Shown: positions 9,388 through 19,515 of the stretch, piece after piece | Layout: each line of letters opens with the position of its first letter | Position numbering within the stretch: the first letter of the stretch is position 1 | Assembly: GCA_048230835.1 (NCBI GenBank) | Contig: DBFALE010000009.1 | Location: 10,305-74,304 of the forward strand | DNA length: 64,000 nucleotides | Direction of reading: 5' to 3' | Origin: Collinsella sp. | Lineage (GTDB): Bacteria > Actinomycetota > Coriobacteriia > Coriobacteriales > Coriobacteriaceae | Translations under genes and position numbers: made by a program | Notes under the pieces: generated by a model | Told to the model about the DNA's origin: nothing | Database searches by the model: none | Seen by the model: only the letters and a program-made list of their open reading frames with translations

Positions 9388-10698
9388 ATGAGCCAGTTCA
9401 TCAACAACCCCGAGCACACCTTTGGTTTCGATACCCTGCAGCTTCACGTTGGCCAGGAGAGCGCCGATCCCGCATCCGACTCCCGCGCCGTGCCTATCTA
9501 CCAGACCACGAGCTATGTGTTCCGCAACTCCCAGCACGCCGCCGATCGCTTTGGTCTTGCCGACGCCGGTAACATCTACGGCCGTCTGACCAACTCCACC
9601 CAGGGCGTCTTCGAGGACCGTATCGCCGCACTCGAGGGTGGTGTGGCAGGTCTTGCCGTCGCCTCCGGTGCTGCTGCCATCACCTATACCCTGCAGGCTC
9701 TTGCCCAGGCCGGTGACCACGTGGTGGCTCAGAAGACCATCTACGGTGGCTCCTACAACCTGCTGGAGCATACGCTCTCCCAGTTTGGCGTCGAGACCAC
9801 CTTCGTCGATGCCCACAACCTGGACGAGGTCGAGGGCGCCATCAAGGACAACACCACGGTCATCTACCTCGAGACGCTCGGCAACCCCAATTCTGACATC
9901 CCCAATATCGACGCCATCTCCGAGATCGCCAAGAAGCACGGTTTACCGGTTGTCGTCGACAACACCTTCGGCACCCCGTATCTGTTCCGTCCGCTGGAGC
10001 ATGGTGCCAACATCGTCGTCCACTCCGCAACCAAGTTCATCGGCGGCCACGGCACCTCGCTGGGCGGTGTGATCGTCGACGGCGGTAACTTCGATTGGAA
10101 GGCGAGCGGCAAGTATGAGCAGATCGCCGAGCCCAACCCCTCCTACCATGGCGTCTCGTTTGCCGAGGCTGCCGGTCCCGCCGCCTTCGCAACCTATGTC
10201 CGCGCCATCCTGCTGCGTGACGAGGGCGCCTGCATCAGCCCGTTCAACGCTTGGATCCTGCTCCAGGGCACCGAGACTCTGTCGCTGCGCGTTGACCGTC
10301 ATGTCGAGAACACCAAGAAGGTCGTTGAGTTCCTGGCTGGTGATAGCCATGTCGCCAAGGTGAACCACCCGAGCCTGTCTGAGCACCCCGATCACGAACT
10401 CTATCAGAAGTACTTCCCCAACGGCGGTGCCTCGATCTTTACCTTTGAGATTAAGGGTGGCCAGGAGGCAGCTTGGAAGTTCATCGACCATCTGCAGGTG
10501 TTCTCGCTGCTCGCCAACGTGGCCGACGTCAAGTCGCTCGTCGTGCACCCGGCTACCACTACGCACTCCCAGCTCTCTGCCGAGGAGCTCGCCGAGCAGA
10601 ACATCACGCCCTCCACGATCCGTCTTTCCATCGGTACCGAGAACGCCGAGGATATCATTTGGGATCTGAAGCAGGCCTTCGCCGCGCTGGACGAGTAA
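9388..10698 (+). CDS. metY: O-acetylhomoserine aminocarboxypropyltransferase/sulfhydrylase
   Basis: VPIYQTTSY, HSATKFIGGHG (PLP Lys), LANVADVKSLVVHPATTTHSQL. Confidence 0.95.
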   Translation: MSQFINNPEHTFGFDTLQLHVGQESADPASDSRAVPIYQTTSYVFRNSQHAADRFGLADAGNIYGRLTNSTQGVFEDRIAALEGGVAGLAVASGAAAITYTLQALAQAGDHVVAQKTIYGGSYNLLEHTLSQFGVETTFVDAHNLDEVEGAIKDNTTVIYLETLGNPNSDIPNIDAISEIAKKHGLPVVVDNTFGTPYLFRPLEHGANIVVHSATKFIGGHGTSLGGVIVDGGNFDWKASGKYEQIAEPNPSYHGVSFAEAAGPAAFATYVRAILLRDEGACISPFNAWILLQGTETLSLRVDRHVENTKKVVEFLAGDSHVAKVNHPSLSEHPDHELYQKYFPNGGASIFTFEIKGGQEAAWKFIDHLQVFSLLANVADVKSLVVHPATTTHSQLSAEELAEQNITPSTIRLSIGTENAEDIIWDLKQAFAALDE

Positions 10699-10758
10699 GG
10701 CGACTTGTGCAAGGACCCCTTGCGACTCGATAGGTATAACTGCATAAAATGCCTGCTC

Positions 10759-10799
10759 AAGGCGCCTGTGCGAACAATGGTTGCACAGGCGCCTTTTTT
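10759..10799 (+). terminator. intrinsic terminator after metY
   Basis: AAGGCGCCTGTGC...GCACAGGCGCC followed by T6. Confidence 0.85.
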
Positions 10800-11010
10800 G
10801 CATAGAGCGGGTGCAAAAACAGGGTTTTTGGCATGCTTTATGCAATCGAGATGTGGAAAACTCCTGTTAAGAGGATGTGAGTTTTACGCAATTGACGTGC
10901 GCCTTTTGAGTAAAACCGCAGGTCGCGATTTGCTCGGGGTACTATGCAGCGCGATCGAATCACACGCAGCTCAAACGCAGCAAAAACGCACTACGGAGGT
11001 TTCTAGCTAC

Positions 11011-11784
11011 ATGAGGATCGATTCACGAAAACCGAAAGCCGCCGCCCTTTCCGCCGCTCTGACCGTGGCACTTTTGGCGGGCGCCGGTGCAACCGATGCC
11101 CACGCGGCAACACTATCCGATACGGTTGGACCTACGCCGTCCGAGGCGACGCTGGTGCAGCCCGTTGACTATCGCGGCGATGGTTATGGTTCCATGCAGG
11201 AGTGGAACGCCTCGATGGAGGCCAAGCGCGATTCCCTTGAGATGCGCGCTCAGATCATTATGAATATGTATGGCGACTATGCTACCGATGACGAGCGTGC
11301 TGTGCTGCAGGGTTGCATCGACGGTGCGGGTAGCCTGTTGACGATGGGGGAGGTCGACGCCAAGTCGACCGAGCTCGATGAGCTGCGCGCTGCGCTTGAG
11401 GATGCCAAGCGCGAAGCGCTCGAGGCTGCCGCCGAGGCGGAGGCTGCCGAGGCCACCCAGGCTTCGTACTACAACGCCGGTTTCACTCCGTCCTACGCGT
11501 CTGCCGCGTCCTACGCGAACGAATCGGGCCTGACGCGCTCTGCGGGTGTCAATAACTACAACGGGCGCCGCGAGACCTATTACAGCAGCAATGTGCTTTA
11601 TCACTATCGCACGGGCGAATGGACTCAGGATTCTGAGGGCTTCTGGCGCGATTCCGACGGCTATTACGTTGTTGCCGCGGGCGATATGGCCCAGGGCTCG
11701 ACCTTTACGGGCTCCAAGGGTGATTGCAAGGTCTATGACTCCGGCTGCGCTGCCGGAACCACCGATTACTACACCGGTTGGTAA
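11011..11784 (+). CDS. secreted protein with coiled-coil and C-terminal 3D/MltA-like cell-wall domain
   Basis: GGAGG RBS, signal peptide ending AHA; C-term YVVAAGD..GS...KVYDSG...TDYY. Confidence 0.7.
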   Translation: MRIDSRKPKAAALSAALTVALLAGAGATDAHAATLSDTVGPTPSEATLVQPVDYRGDGYGSMQEWNASMEAKRDSLEMRAQIIMNMYGDYATDDERAVLQGCIDGAGSLLTMGEVDAKSTELDELRAALEDAKREALEAAAEAEAAEATQASYYNAGFTPSYASAASYANESGLTRSAGVNNYNGRRETYYSSNVLYHYRTGEWTQDSEGFWRDSDGYYVVAAGDMAQGSTFTGSKGDCKVYDSGCAAGTTDYYTGW

Positions 11785-11970
11785 TTTTTCTGCATCACGG
11801 ATATTTGGCGGACGGGCGTCTTTACCGAGCTTTAGGGCAACGTAAGGACGTCCGTTCTATGTATGCGTTTGAGTTAACAGAGCCCTTACCGTGGCGGTAC
11901 GCTGGGCGTATGGATGCGGGGCACACTGGTTCTTGAGAAATAAGGTCTTTCTCTTGGAGGAAGTGGTCTT

Positions 11971-12177
11971 GTGAATGCTCGAGATATTGCCGTTGCCGCC
12001 GTCGCGTTGATGCTTGGCTGCCTTGGTCCCACGGCCGCGCTCGTCGCGGGCATGCAGGGGACATGCGGGGCTGCTCCTATCGTGGTCGGCGCGCTGATCG
12101 CGGCCACGCTGCTGGGAAGCGCAGGCGTGGTTCTTTGCCGCGACGATGAGGACGAGGTGCCGGGGTCGCAACGCTAA
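11971..12177 (+). CDS. small membrane protein (2 TM)
   Basis: GGAGG RBS, GTG start, two hydrophobic segments, acidic tail. Confidence 0.5.
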   Translation: MNARDIAVAAVALMLGCLGPTAALVAGMQGTCGAAPIVVGALIAATLLGSAGVVLCRDDEDEVPGSQR

Positions 12178-12286
12178 CTGTTGTGAGATCGGCCGCCGGT
12201 CATAGACGAAGATGAAGGCCGCCGCAGGGGAAAGGTTCCCTTGCGGCGGTTTTGCTGTTAAGGCTGTTGAATGCGGCGCGTCGGCG

Positions 12287-13201
12287 CTACCAGCTTTTCT
12301 CGATATCGCGGATGCGCCGATAGAGCCACTCGTTTTGCGGTGCCTGGATATCGTGTTTGGCTGCGAGGCGGCAGATGGTGCCCGCGAACTCATCAACCTC
12401 GGTTTTGCGCCTTGCGATGCGGTCTTGAGCCATCGAGGGCATACCGGCGGGGTCGATTCCCTCGATGAGGTGCACCATTTGCGTCAGGTCTGCCTCGGTC
12501 AGTTCAACGCCCTCGGCGTTGGCGACCGCAAGCGTTTCGCGCATGGCGGAAACAAAGCAGCGACGCTGCTCGGAGCCCGGCTCCGTGGCGCTTCCGTAGG
12601 TCCCGCCGTAGGCCATGCAGGTCTGGTTGATGCCGTCGTTGAGCATGAGTTTGGCCCACATGCGGTGGGCGATGTCGTCCTCGACGGTATGGGCGATGCC
12701 GCAGCGCGTATAGAGCTCGTCGATTGCGGTGATGGTTGCGGGGTTCGTGCCGGCCGCCGCGCCAAAGCGGATTTCGCCCGCATTGGTAAAGGTGAGCGCG
12801 CCGTTGAGAAACACGGCGTCCATGCCCTGGCAGATACCAAGAACGGTATGCTCCCAGCCAAAGCGTTCGGCAATCTTTTGCTCGCTCGTAATGCCGTTGC
12901 ACAGCGAGGCGATGAGCGTGTTGGGTCCCACGACGCGCTCCATAGTCTTGAGTGCTTGGTCGAGACCGGTGGTCTTGACTGTCAGGATGACCAGATCGGC
13001 GGGCGTCGCCTCGCTGGCACGGACGGACGTGAGATCGCAGGGCTTGCCGTTGACGGTGAGCGCGTCGTTCGCATGACGCTCAAAACGGGCATCATCCATG
13101 ACGTATTCGACGGCGTCGTTGCCGAGGGCCTTGGCAATCATGCTGCCGTAGAGCAGGCCGACGCCGCCCTTGCCGATAAAAGCGACCTTGTTGATCTGCA
13201 T
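12287..13201 (-). CDS. panE: 2-dehydropantoate 2-reductase family (PanE/ApbA)
   Basis: GKGGVG, CNGI, MWAKLMLN, PSMAQD..RKTEVD. Confidence 0.88.
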   Translation of the reverse strand: MQINKVAFIGKGGVGLLYGSMIAKALGNDAVEYVMDDARFERHANDALTVNGKPCDLTSVRASEATPADLVILTVKTTGLDQALKTMERVVGPNTLIASLCNGITSEQKIAERFGWEHTVLGICQGMDAVFLNGALTFTNAGEIRFGAAAGTNPATITAIDELYTRCGIAHTVEDDIAHRMWAKLMLNDGINQTCMAYGGTYGSATEPGSEQRRCFVSAMRETLAVANAEGVELTEADLTQMVHLIEGIDPAGMPSMAQDRIARRKTEVDEFAGTICRLAAKHDIQAPQNEWLYRRIRDIEKSW

Positions 13202-13324
13202 GTGAATCATCTCCCCATGTAAAAGGCGCCCGCGTAAGGGGCGCCTGATGGATTGTATGCTGCCAGGGTGATTGGTGGGTGCGCGGGGCGGCTGTTATAA
13301 AAAAGAAACTATTGCGCTGTGCGC

Positions 13325-13519
13325 TTATGCCGCGGGGCAGACCGCAAAGACGCGGGCGGGGTATCCGACGCCATCGCGGACCTTGGGGAAGGTGCAGAAG
13401 ATGACGGCACCCGTGGCGGGAAGCTTGTCCAGATGGTCCATGACCTCGATCTGATAGCGGTCGACCGAGAGGATGTATTGCTCGCCGGGGTAGGGGTAGG
13501 CGTCCTCACGCGTGGTCAC
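13325..13519 (-). pseudogene. internally deleted cyclase-family (kynurenine formamidase-like) gene remnant
   Basis: AAAGGAG RBS and start joined directly to the C-terminal QIEVMDHLDKLPATGA...GYPARVFA motif; only 64 aa. Confidence 0.7.
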
Positions 13520-13681
13520 GCTCGTCTCCTTTCATCGGGCTTTTTGCTGATGTTAAAGCGGTGCCGTGACGGCTCGATTTCTGCTGCGTTACGATACGTT
13601 CTCAATTGCGATTCCGATGTGTTTCGATGACGTGACGGGTTTGTTTCGCCTCGTCAGGGCTTCGATGGGAGGGGAGGGGCC

Positions 13682-14872
13682 GTGCAATACCGCGTTGACC
13701 CCAAAAGCGGCAACCGTATCTCGGCGTTGGGGCTGGGCTGCATGAGGTTTCCCGGTGCGCCGGGACGCCCGGATGCGAAGACCGCCGACGCTATCATCTC
13801 CCGTGCGGTGGAGCAGGGGATTAACTACCTGGACACGGCCTATCTCTATCCCGGCAACGAGGCGTGCGTGGGTGCGTCGCTTGAGCGCCTGGGCTTGCGC
13901 GACCAGGTTTTGCTCGCAACCAAGCTGCCGCATGCTTCGTGCAAATGCGCGGAGGATTTCGACCGGTTCTTCGACGAGCAACTGCGCCGCCTACGGACCG
14001 ACCATATCGACTATTTCCTCATGCACAACATTACCTCGCCCGCCCAGTGGGAACGTGTGGTGGCGTTGGGCATCGAGGACTGGATCGCGCGTCAAAAGGC
14101 GGCGGGGCGCATTCGCCAGATTGGTTTTTCGTACCACGGCAGCGCAGCGGACTTTCTGACAATGCTCGATGCATATGAGTGGGACTTTTGCCAGATCCAG
14201 TACAATTACGCTGGAGAGCGATATCAGGCGGGAACAGCGGGGCTCATGGCCGCCGCCGAGCGAGGCCTCGCGGTGTTTGTGATGGAGCCGCTGCTGGGCG
14301 GGCGTTTAGCGGGCAAGCTGCCGCCACGGGCCCGCGCTGTGCTCGATAGTGCCCGTGACCCGCATTTGCTCACTCCTGCCGCCTGGGGTCTTTCGTGGGT
14401 GTGGAATCATCCTCAGGTGACGATGTTGCTTTCTGGTATGACCGATACCGCGCAGGTGGATGAGAATTCGTCACTGGCAGACCTCGCATTGCCGAATTCG
14501 ATGACTGCCAACCAGCTCGACACGATCGCGCACGTGCTGGATGAGTTTGAAAAATCGAATCGCGTGCCCTGCACGGGATGCGGCTACTGCATGTCATGCC
14601 CCAAGGGTATCAACATTCCCGGCTGCTTTGCCGCCTACAACGCGAGCTATGCGCACAGCTGGTTTACGGGGCTGTCGCAATACTTTACGGCGAGTGCGGT
14701 GCGCACGAGCGAGCCCAGGCTCGTGAGCAATTGCGTCAAGTGCGGCAAATGCGCGCGCCACTGCCCACAGCACATCGATATTCCCGAGCGTCTCGACGAT
14801 GTGCGCCGACGTTTCCAGCCTGGTCCCGTGACGGCGGTGCTTAAGGCCTTCGGCAAAACGCGCTCCTCATGA
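13682..14872 (+). CDS. aldo/keto reductase with C-terminal 2x[4Fe-4S]
   Basis: LGLGCMRFP, DTAYLY, CTGCGYCMSCP, CVKCGKCARHCP. Confidence 0.93.
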   Translation: MQYRVDPKSGNRISALGLGCMRFPGAPGRPDAKTADAIISRAVEQGINYLDTAYLYPGNEACVGASLERLGLRDQVLLATKLPHASCKCAEDFDRFFDEQLRRLRTDHIDYFLMHNITSPAQWERVVALGIEDWIARQKAAGRIRQIGFSYHGSAADFLTMLDAYEWDFCQIQYNYAGERYQAGTAGLMAAAERGLAVFVMEPLLGGRLAGKLPPRARAVLDSARDPHLLTPAAWGLSWVWNHPQVTMLLSGMTDTAQVDENSSLADLALPNSMTANQLDTIAHVLDEFEKSNRVPCTGCGYCMSCPKGINIPGCFAAYNASYAHSWFTGLSQYFTASAVRTSEPRLVSNCVKCGKCARHCPQHIDIPERLDDVRRRFQPGPVTAVLKAFGKTRSS

Positions 14873-14957
14873 CCCTTTTATAACTTGCGGTGGAATAGTT
14901 CATGTTTGCGGCAGAATAGGGGCCAAACAGGAACTATTTCACCGCAACTGAAGGGGG
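14873..14957. repeat. palindromic intergenic repeat family A, copy 1
   Basis: TTGCGGTGGAATA...TATTTCACCGCAA hairpin; homologous to 16054-16140. Confidence 0.85.
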
Positions 14958-14962
14958 CTGTC

Positions 14963-15982
14963 GTGGGTCATCGGGATTCATGTGATGATTTGCGTGAGGT
15001 TTGTTGGGGCGTTTTGGGCGCTGGACACATTTCGCATCGATTTGTATCGTCGCTCAAGGAGGTGGACGGGGCACGGCTTGTGGCTGCCGCCGGCCGCACT
15101 CCTTCGCATGTTGAGGAGTTTTGCAGGGCGTTTTCGATTGATGCCGCGCACAGTTATGCCACGGCTGACGATAGCGGCGATGTGGCTTATGATGCGCTGA
15201 TTGCCGACCCCGATGTCGACGCAATCTACTTGGCTCTTCCGCATGGCATGCATGCGCATTGGGTCTGTCGGGCACTGCGCGCGGGAAAGGCCGTGCTGTG
15301 CGAAAAGCCGGCCGTTTTGAGTGAGGAAGAGGCTCTCTCGATTACCTCCACCTCTCGTGAGCGCGGCGTGCTGTTTATGGAGGCGATGAAGAATCGGTTT
15401 TGCCCGATGCGCACTCGCGTGAAGGACTTGCTTGCGTCGGGTGAGCTTGGCCGTATTGTCTCGATTGAAAGCGTGCAAAAGCTCGATTACGGCGAGTTTC
15501 CTTCGGGCTATCTGCTTGATCCGTTGCAGGGCGGCTGTCTATATGACATGGGCTGCTATGCGGTCGGTTGGTTTGAGGATTTGCTCTCGGGCGCGTGCGA
15601 GGTTTCGTCCCGTGAAGTTCGCTGGCGTGACGTATCAGGCGGCCGCGTCGATTGGGCCGACGAGATCCATATGAGCGTCGGCGGTATACCCATTCATATG
15701 GCGTGCGACGGCAAAGCAACATATGAAAGCCGCTTAACGATTGCCTGTGAGCGGGGCTCGTTGGAAATCGAGCGTCTCCATCGCCCCGAGCGCGCTCATG
15801 TGAAGTATTCCGACGGTCGAGTACTCGAAATCGATGCACCATTTGAAGTCGATGATTTTTACGGTGAGGCATCGCATGCGACACAGCTCATTCAGGCGGG
15901 AAAACTCGAAAGCCCCATCATGTCCCTAGCCGCCACACAGCGCTGCGCACGCATCATCGATGCGATTCGTCTAGCCCTCTAG
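14963..15982 (+). CDS. Gfo/Idh/MocA oxidoreductase
   Basis: WGVLGAGHIS, ALPHGMH, VLCEKP, GGCLYDMGCY. Confidence 0.9.
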   Translation: MGHRDSCDDLREVCWGVLGAGHISHRFVSSLKEVDGARLVAAAGRTPSHVEEFCRAFSIDAAHSYATADDSGDVAYDALIADPDVDAIYLALPHGMHAHWVCRALRAGKAVLCEKPAVLSEEEALSITSTSRERGVLFMEAMKNRFCPMRTRVKDLLASGELGRIVSIESVQKLDYGEFPSGYLLDPLQGGCLYDMGCYAVGWFEDLLSGACEVSSREVRWRDVSGGRVDWADEIHMSVGGIPIHMACDGKATYESRLTIACERGSLEIERLHRPERAHVKYSDGRVLEIDAPFEVDDFYGEASHATQLIQAGKLESPIMSLAATQRCARIIDAIRLAL

Positions 15983-16053
15983 GACTTGGCGCTGACGCGT
16001 AGGGGATCATGACGCCGGCGCCCGTGGTGCCTGGCGGCCCACATCTCTGATGC

Positions 16054-16140
16054 CCCTTTTATAACTTGCGGTGGAATACGGTCTGTTTGCGCCAAAATAG
16101 GGCACCAATAGACCGTATTTCACCGCAACTGATGAGGGGG
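16054..16140. repeat. palindromic intergenic repeat family A, copy 2
   Basis: Same outer stem as copy 1; inner stem differs by compensatory changes. Confidence 0.85.
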
Positions 16141-16148
16141 AGTTGGAG

Positions 16149-17015
16149 ATGCTGACGATCGGGTGTCATCTTTCGACGACGAAGGGCTATCGGGCGATGG
16201 GGGAGACGGCGCTGTCCATTGGCGCCAATACCTTTGCGTTCTTTACGCGCAACCCGCGCGGTGGCAAGGCAAAAGATCTTGACATGGATGACGTGGCGGC
16301 TCTGCGCGAGCTTATGGCGCAAAACGACTTTGGACCGCTGGTGGCGCATGCCCCGTATACCTACAACCCCTGTTCTGCCAAAGAGCGGGCGCGCGAGTTC
16401 GCCTTGGAGGCTATGGCAGAGGACCTGCGGCGCATGGAAGCACTGCCCGGCAACTACTACAATTTTCATCCCGGTGCGCATGTGGGACAGGGGGCAGACG
16501 TCGGCATTCAGATGATCGTCGACACCCTGTGCCAGGTGATGTTTGAGGGACAGCAGACGACGGTATTGCTTGAGACCATGGCAGGCAAGGGCACCGAGGT
16601 GGGCCGTAGCTTTGAAGAGCTGGCGTGCATTATCGAGGGCGTTGCCGCCAAGTGCCCAGAGCTGTCCGATAAGCTGGGCGTTTGTTTGGACACCTGCCAT
16701 GTGAGCGATGCCGGCTACGACATCATCCATGATCTGGACGGCGTACTCGACGAGTTCGACCGCGTGGTGGGTATCGATCGCTTGCATGCCGTACACATCA
16801 ACGATTCGAAGAACCCTTGTGGCGCCCATAAAGATCGTCACGAGTGCATCGGCAAGGGATACCTTGGCAGCGAGGAATTTGGTGGCGGTATGCAGGTTAT
16901 GCAGAATATTGTATCGAATGGCCGCTTGCGCGCATTGCCATTCATCTTGGAGACACCGAACGAACTTGCAGGTTATGCGGCTGAAATCAAACTGTTAAGG
17001 TCGTTGCAGCAGTAA
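16149..17015 (+). CDS. nfo: endonuclease IV
   Basis: [48 protein letters not shown]. Confidence 0.96.
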   Translation: MLTIGCHLSTTKGYRAMGETALSIGANTFAFFTRNPRGGKAKDLDMDDVAALRELMAQNDFGPLVAHAPYTYNPCSAKERAREFALEAMAEDLRRMEALPGNYYNFHPGAHVGQGADVGIQMIVDTLCQVMFEGQQTTVLLETMAGKGTEVGRSFEELACIIEGVAAKCPELSDKLGVCLDTCHVSDAGYDIIHDLDGVLDEFDRVVGIDRLHAVHINDSKNPCGAHKDRHECIGKGYLGSEEFGGGMQVMQNIVSNGRLRALPFILETPNELAGYAAEIKLLRSLQQ

Positions 17016-17162
17016 TGGCTGCCATAAAGTGGAGCGCTCCATTCACGTTATGGGTTTGTTTCAATCAGTTTTCTAATTGCAGATTCTTCCAAGCGGGTGC
17101 ATAATAACCCTCAGTTTTTGCAGACCTCTGAATCACGTGGGGTCATTGGAAGGAGACTGATT

Positions 17163-18023
17163 ATGAAGCTGAAGAAGCTTGGCGCATTTGCCGCCACGGG
17201 TGCTATGGCGCTCGCCCTCGCTCTGACGGGCTGCGGCTCGTCCAACGCCACCTCTGGTTCTAATGCCGGTTCCAGCAGCTCTGACGACGCTAAGGTCGAG
17301 AAGGTCGACGGCTCCAAGGAGTACGCGCTCGTCAAGGACGGTACGCTGACCGTCGGCACCTCTGCCGAGTACGCTCCGTTTGAGTACAAGGATGACAACG
17401 GCGATTATCAGGGCTTTGACCTTGAGCTCATCAAGGCTATCGGCGACAAGCTGGGCCTGGATGTCGAGTATGTCAACAATGACTTTGACACGCTGGTTCC
17501 GGGCGTCGCTTCGGGCGCCAAGTATGACGTCTCCATCGCGGCTATCACCGACACGCCCGAGCGTGAGAAGGAAGTCACTTTCTCAGATTCCTACTACATG
17601 GACGATCAGGCTATCGTGACCAAGGTCGATAACACCGACATCACGGCCGACAACTACAGCGAGAAGCTCAACAACGCCGACGCTACCATCATCGTCCAGT
17701 CTGGCTCGACCGCCGAGGCCTTTGCCCAGGAGAACTTCCCCAAGGCCAAGATCGTCGCCTACAAGGACGCCACCGAGTGCTTCAGCGCCCTGCAGTCCGA
17801 TAAGGGCGACGCCGTAGTCACCAACCGCTCCGTTGCGAGCCAGCTGACCGCCGAGCAGTTCAACACCTGCCAGACCATCAAGCAGATCAGCACCGGCGAG
17901 GAGTACGCCATCGCCATCAACCAGGGCAACACCAAGCTCAAGGACGACATCAACCAGGCTATCAAGGACCTGACCGACGACGGTACCGTCGACGCCCTCA
18001 TGGCTAAGTACAATATCAAGTAA
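17163..18023 (+). CDS. polar amino-acid ABC transporter substrate-binding lipoprotein
   Basis: Lipobox LTGC; GTSAEYAPFE, GFDLEL SBP family 3 motifs. Confidence 0.93.
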   Translation: MKLKKLGAFAATGAMALALALTGCGSSNATSGSNAGSSSSDDAKVEKVDGSKEYALVKDGTLTVGTSAEYAPFEYKDDNGDYQGFDLELIKAIGDKLGLDVEYVNNDFDTLVPGVASGAKYDVSIAAITDTPEREKEVTFSDSYYMDDQAIVTKVDNTDITADNYSEKLNNADATIIVQSGSTAEAFAQENFPKAKIVAYKDATECFSALQSDKGDAVVTNRSVASQLTAEQFNTCQTIKQISTGEEYAIAINQGNTKLKDDINQAIKDLTDDGTVDALMAKYNIK

Positions 18024-18141
18024 AATAACTACTTGATTGCGCGCGGGCCCTTTCCGTTTTGGCGGAAAGGGCCTTTGCGCTTCTCTTGACGGAGAGCGTT
18101 TCCGTCTCGTTTTGCCGGCAACTTCTACGATAGGAGCCACC

Positions 18142-19503
18142 TTGTCTCGACTGAACAAAGGGGCCGCGGAGCAGCGTTTTCCACTGCCCTCGATGCTCCA
18201 AAAGCTGGCCTGTGCCCTGGCTGTGGCGCTCGCCCTGGTATGCGCGGGGGCCTGCGTGCCCACGACCGCCCAGGCGCTTGAGACCGCAAAGATTACCGCC
18301 CGACCCAATACCGGTTCGGGTAGCGATGTGGTCGGCGGCACCGAGACGCGCATCACTTGGGAAGTTCAGGCCGATGCCGACGAGGAGCTGAGCGGTCTTT
18401 CTTTGACGTTTGTCGACGGTACGACGTTTGGTACCGATGACACTCGATTGACGATGCTCTCGGGCGAGGACCTCATGGATCGTACGCCCATGAAGCCCAC
18501 GTGCAAGGCTGACGGCCAGACGCTCAAGATTGACTTTGGTGAGACGGCGCCTGCCGGCGGCTATTTCCGCGTCGAGGTTTACGGCGTGACCTTCCCCGTC
18601 GAGGGCGGCGATGAGGCCTTTAGCGGCACCTGCACTTTGGTCGATGGCTCGACCAGGAAGATCTCCAAGATTCCTTCCGTCGAGATTAAGGGCGTGACGG
18701 CATTCGATAACTTCCTGGCCGACCTTAAGGAGCAGCCGTGGGTCGAGGCGTGGAACTCCAATATGTTCCTGCGCCTGTTCCTGAACCCGGTCATTTTGGT
18801 CCAGAGCCTGCCGATCGTCTTCAAGGGCTTCCTCATGTCGCTTTCGATCGTGCTTGTGGCGTTTCCGCTGGCAATTCCCTTCGGTTTCGCCCTGTCGCTC
18901 ATGCGCATCTCCAAGTCGCGCATCCTGCGCTGCCTCGCCGGCATCTACGTGAATATCATTCGCGGTACGCCGGCGTTCCTGCAGATCTATATCGCGTTCT
19001 TCGGTCTGCCGTTGGCCGGCGTCAAGGTTGATGACTACGTGCTCGGCGTTATCGTCATGGCCATGAACTCGTCTGCGTACCTATGCGAGATCTTCCGTGC
19101 CGGTATTCAATCGATCCCCAAGGGCCAAAACGAGGCTGCGCGTTCGCTGGGCATGAACGCGTTCCAGACGCTGCTCTATGTCATGATTCCGCAGACGTTC
19201 CGTAATGTTTTGCCTACGCTGACCAGCGAGTTTATCTTGCTTTACAAGGATACGTCGCTGCTTGCCGCCGTGGGTGTGGTCGAGATCGTCATGAACGCCC
19301 GTACCATCGTGGCCACGACGGGCTCCATTACACCGTACGTGGTTGCCGCCCTGTTCTATCTGGTCATCACCCTGCCGCTCGCTCGCTTGGTGAGCGGTCT
19401 TGAGGCGAGGCTTTTGGGCACGACCGAGACCAAGAAGAAGCGTCCCGCCAAGAGCGCCGGACAGGTTGTCGCGACGCCCGCCGATCACATCGCCGGTCTG
19501 TAA
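18142..19503 (+). CDS. amino-acid ABC permease (HisM/GlnP-like) with long N-terminal extracytoplasmic domain
   Basis: IRGTP, EIFRAGIQSIPKGQNEAARSLG, KDTSL; start uncertain (TTG after AGGAG). Confidence 0.88.
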   Translation: MSRLNKGAAEQRFPLPSMLQKLACALAVALALVCAGACVPTTAQALETAKITARPNTGSGSDVVGGTETRITWEVQADADEELSGLSLTFVDGTTFGTDDTRLTMLSGEDLMDRTPMKPTCKADGQTLKIDFGETAPAGGYFRVEVYGVTFPVEGGDEAFSGTCTLVDGSTRKISKIPSVEIKGVTAFDNFLADLKEQPWVEAWNSNMFLRLFLNPVILVQSLPIVFKGFLMSLSIVLVAFPLAIPFGFALSLMRISKSRILRCLAGIYVNIIRGTPAFLQIYIAFFGLPLAGVKVDDYVLGVIVMAMNSSAYLCEIFRAGIQSIPKGQNEAARSLGMNAFQTLLYVMIPQTFRNVLPTLTSEFILLYKDTSLLAAVGVVEIVMNARTIVATTGSITPYVVAALFYLVITLPLARLVSGLEARLLGTTETKKKRPAKSAGQVVATPADHIAGL

Positions 19504-19515
19504 GGAGGTCCTATC

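Noticed and set aside
10705..11010. Extended start of the secreted protein ORF
   Set aside because: It spans the metY terminator; the RBS and signal peptide begin at 11011.
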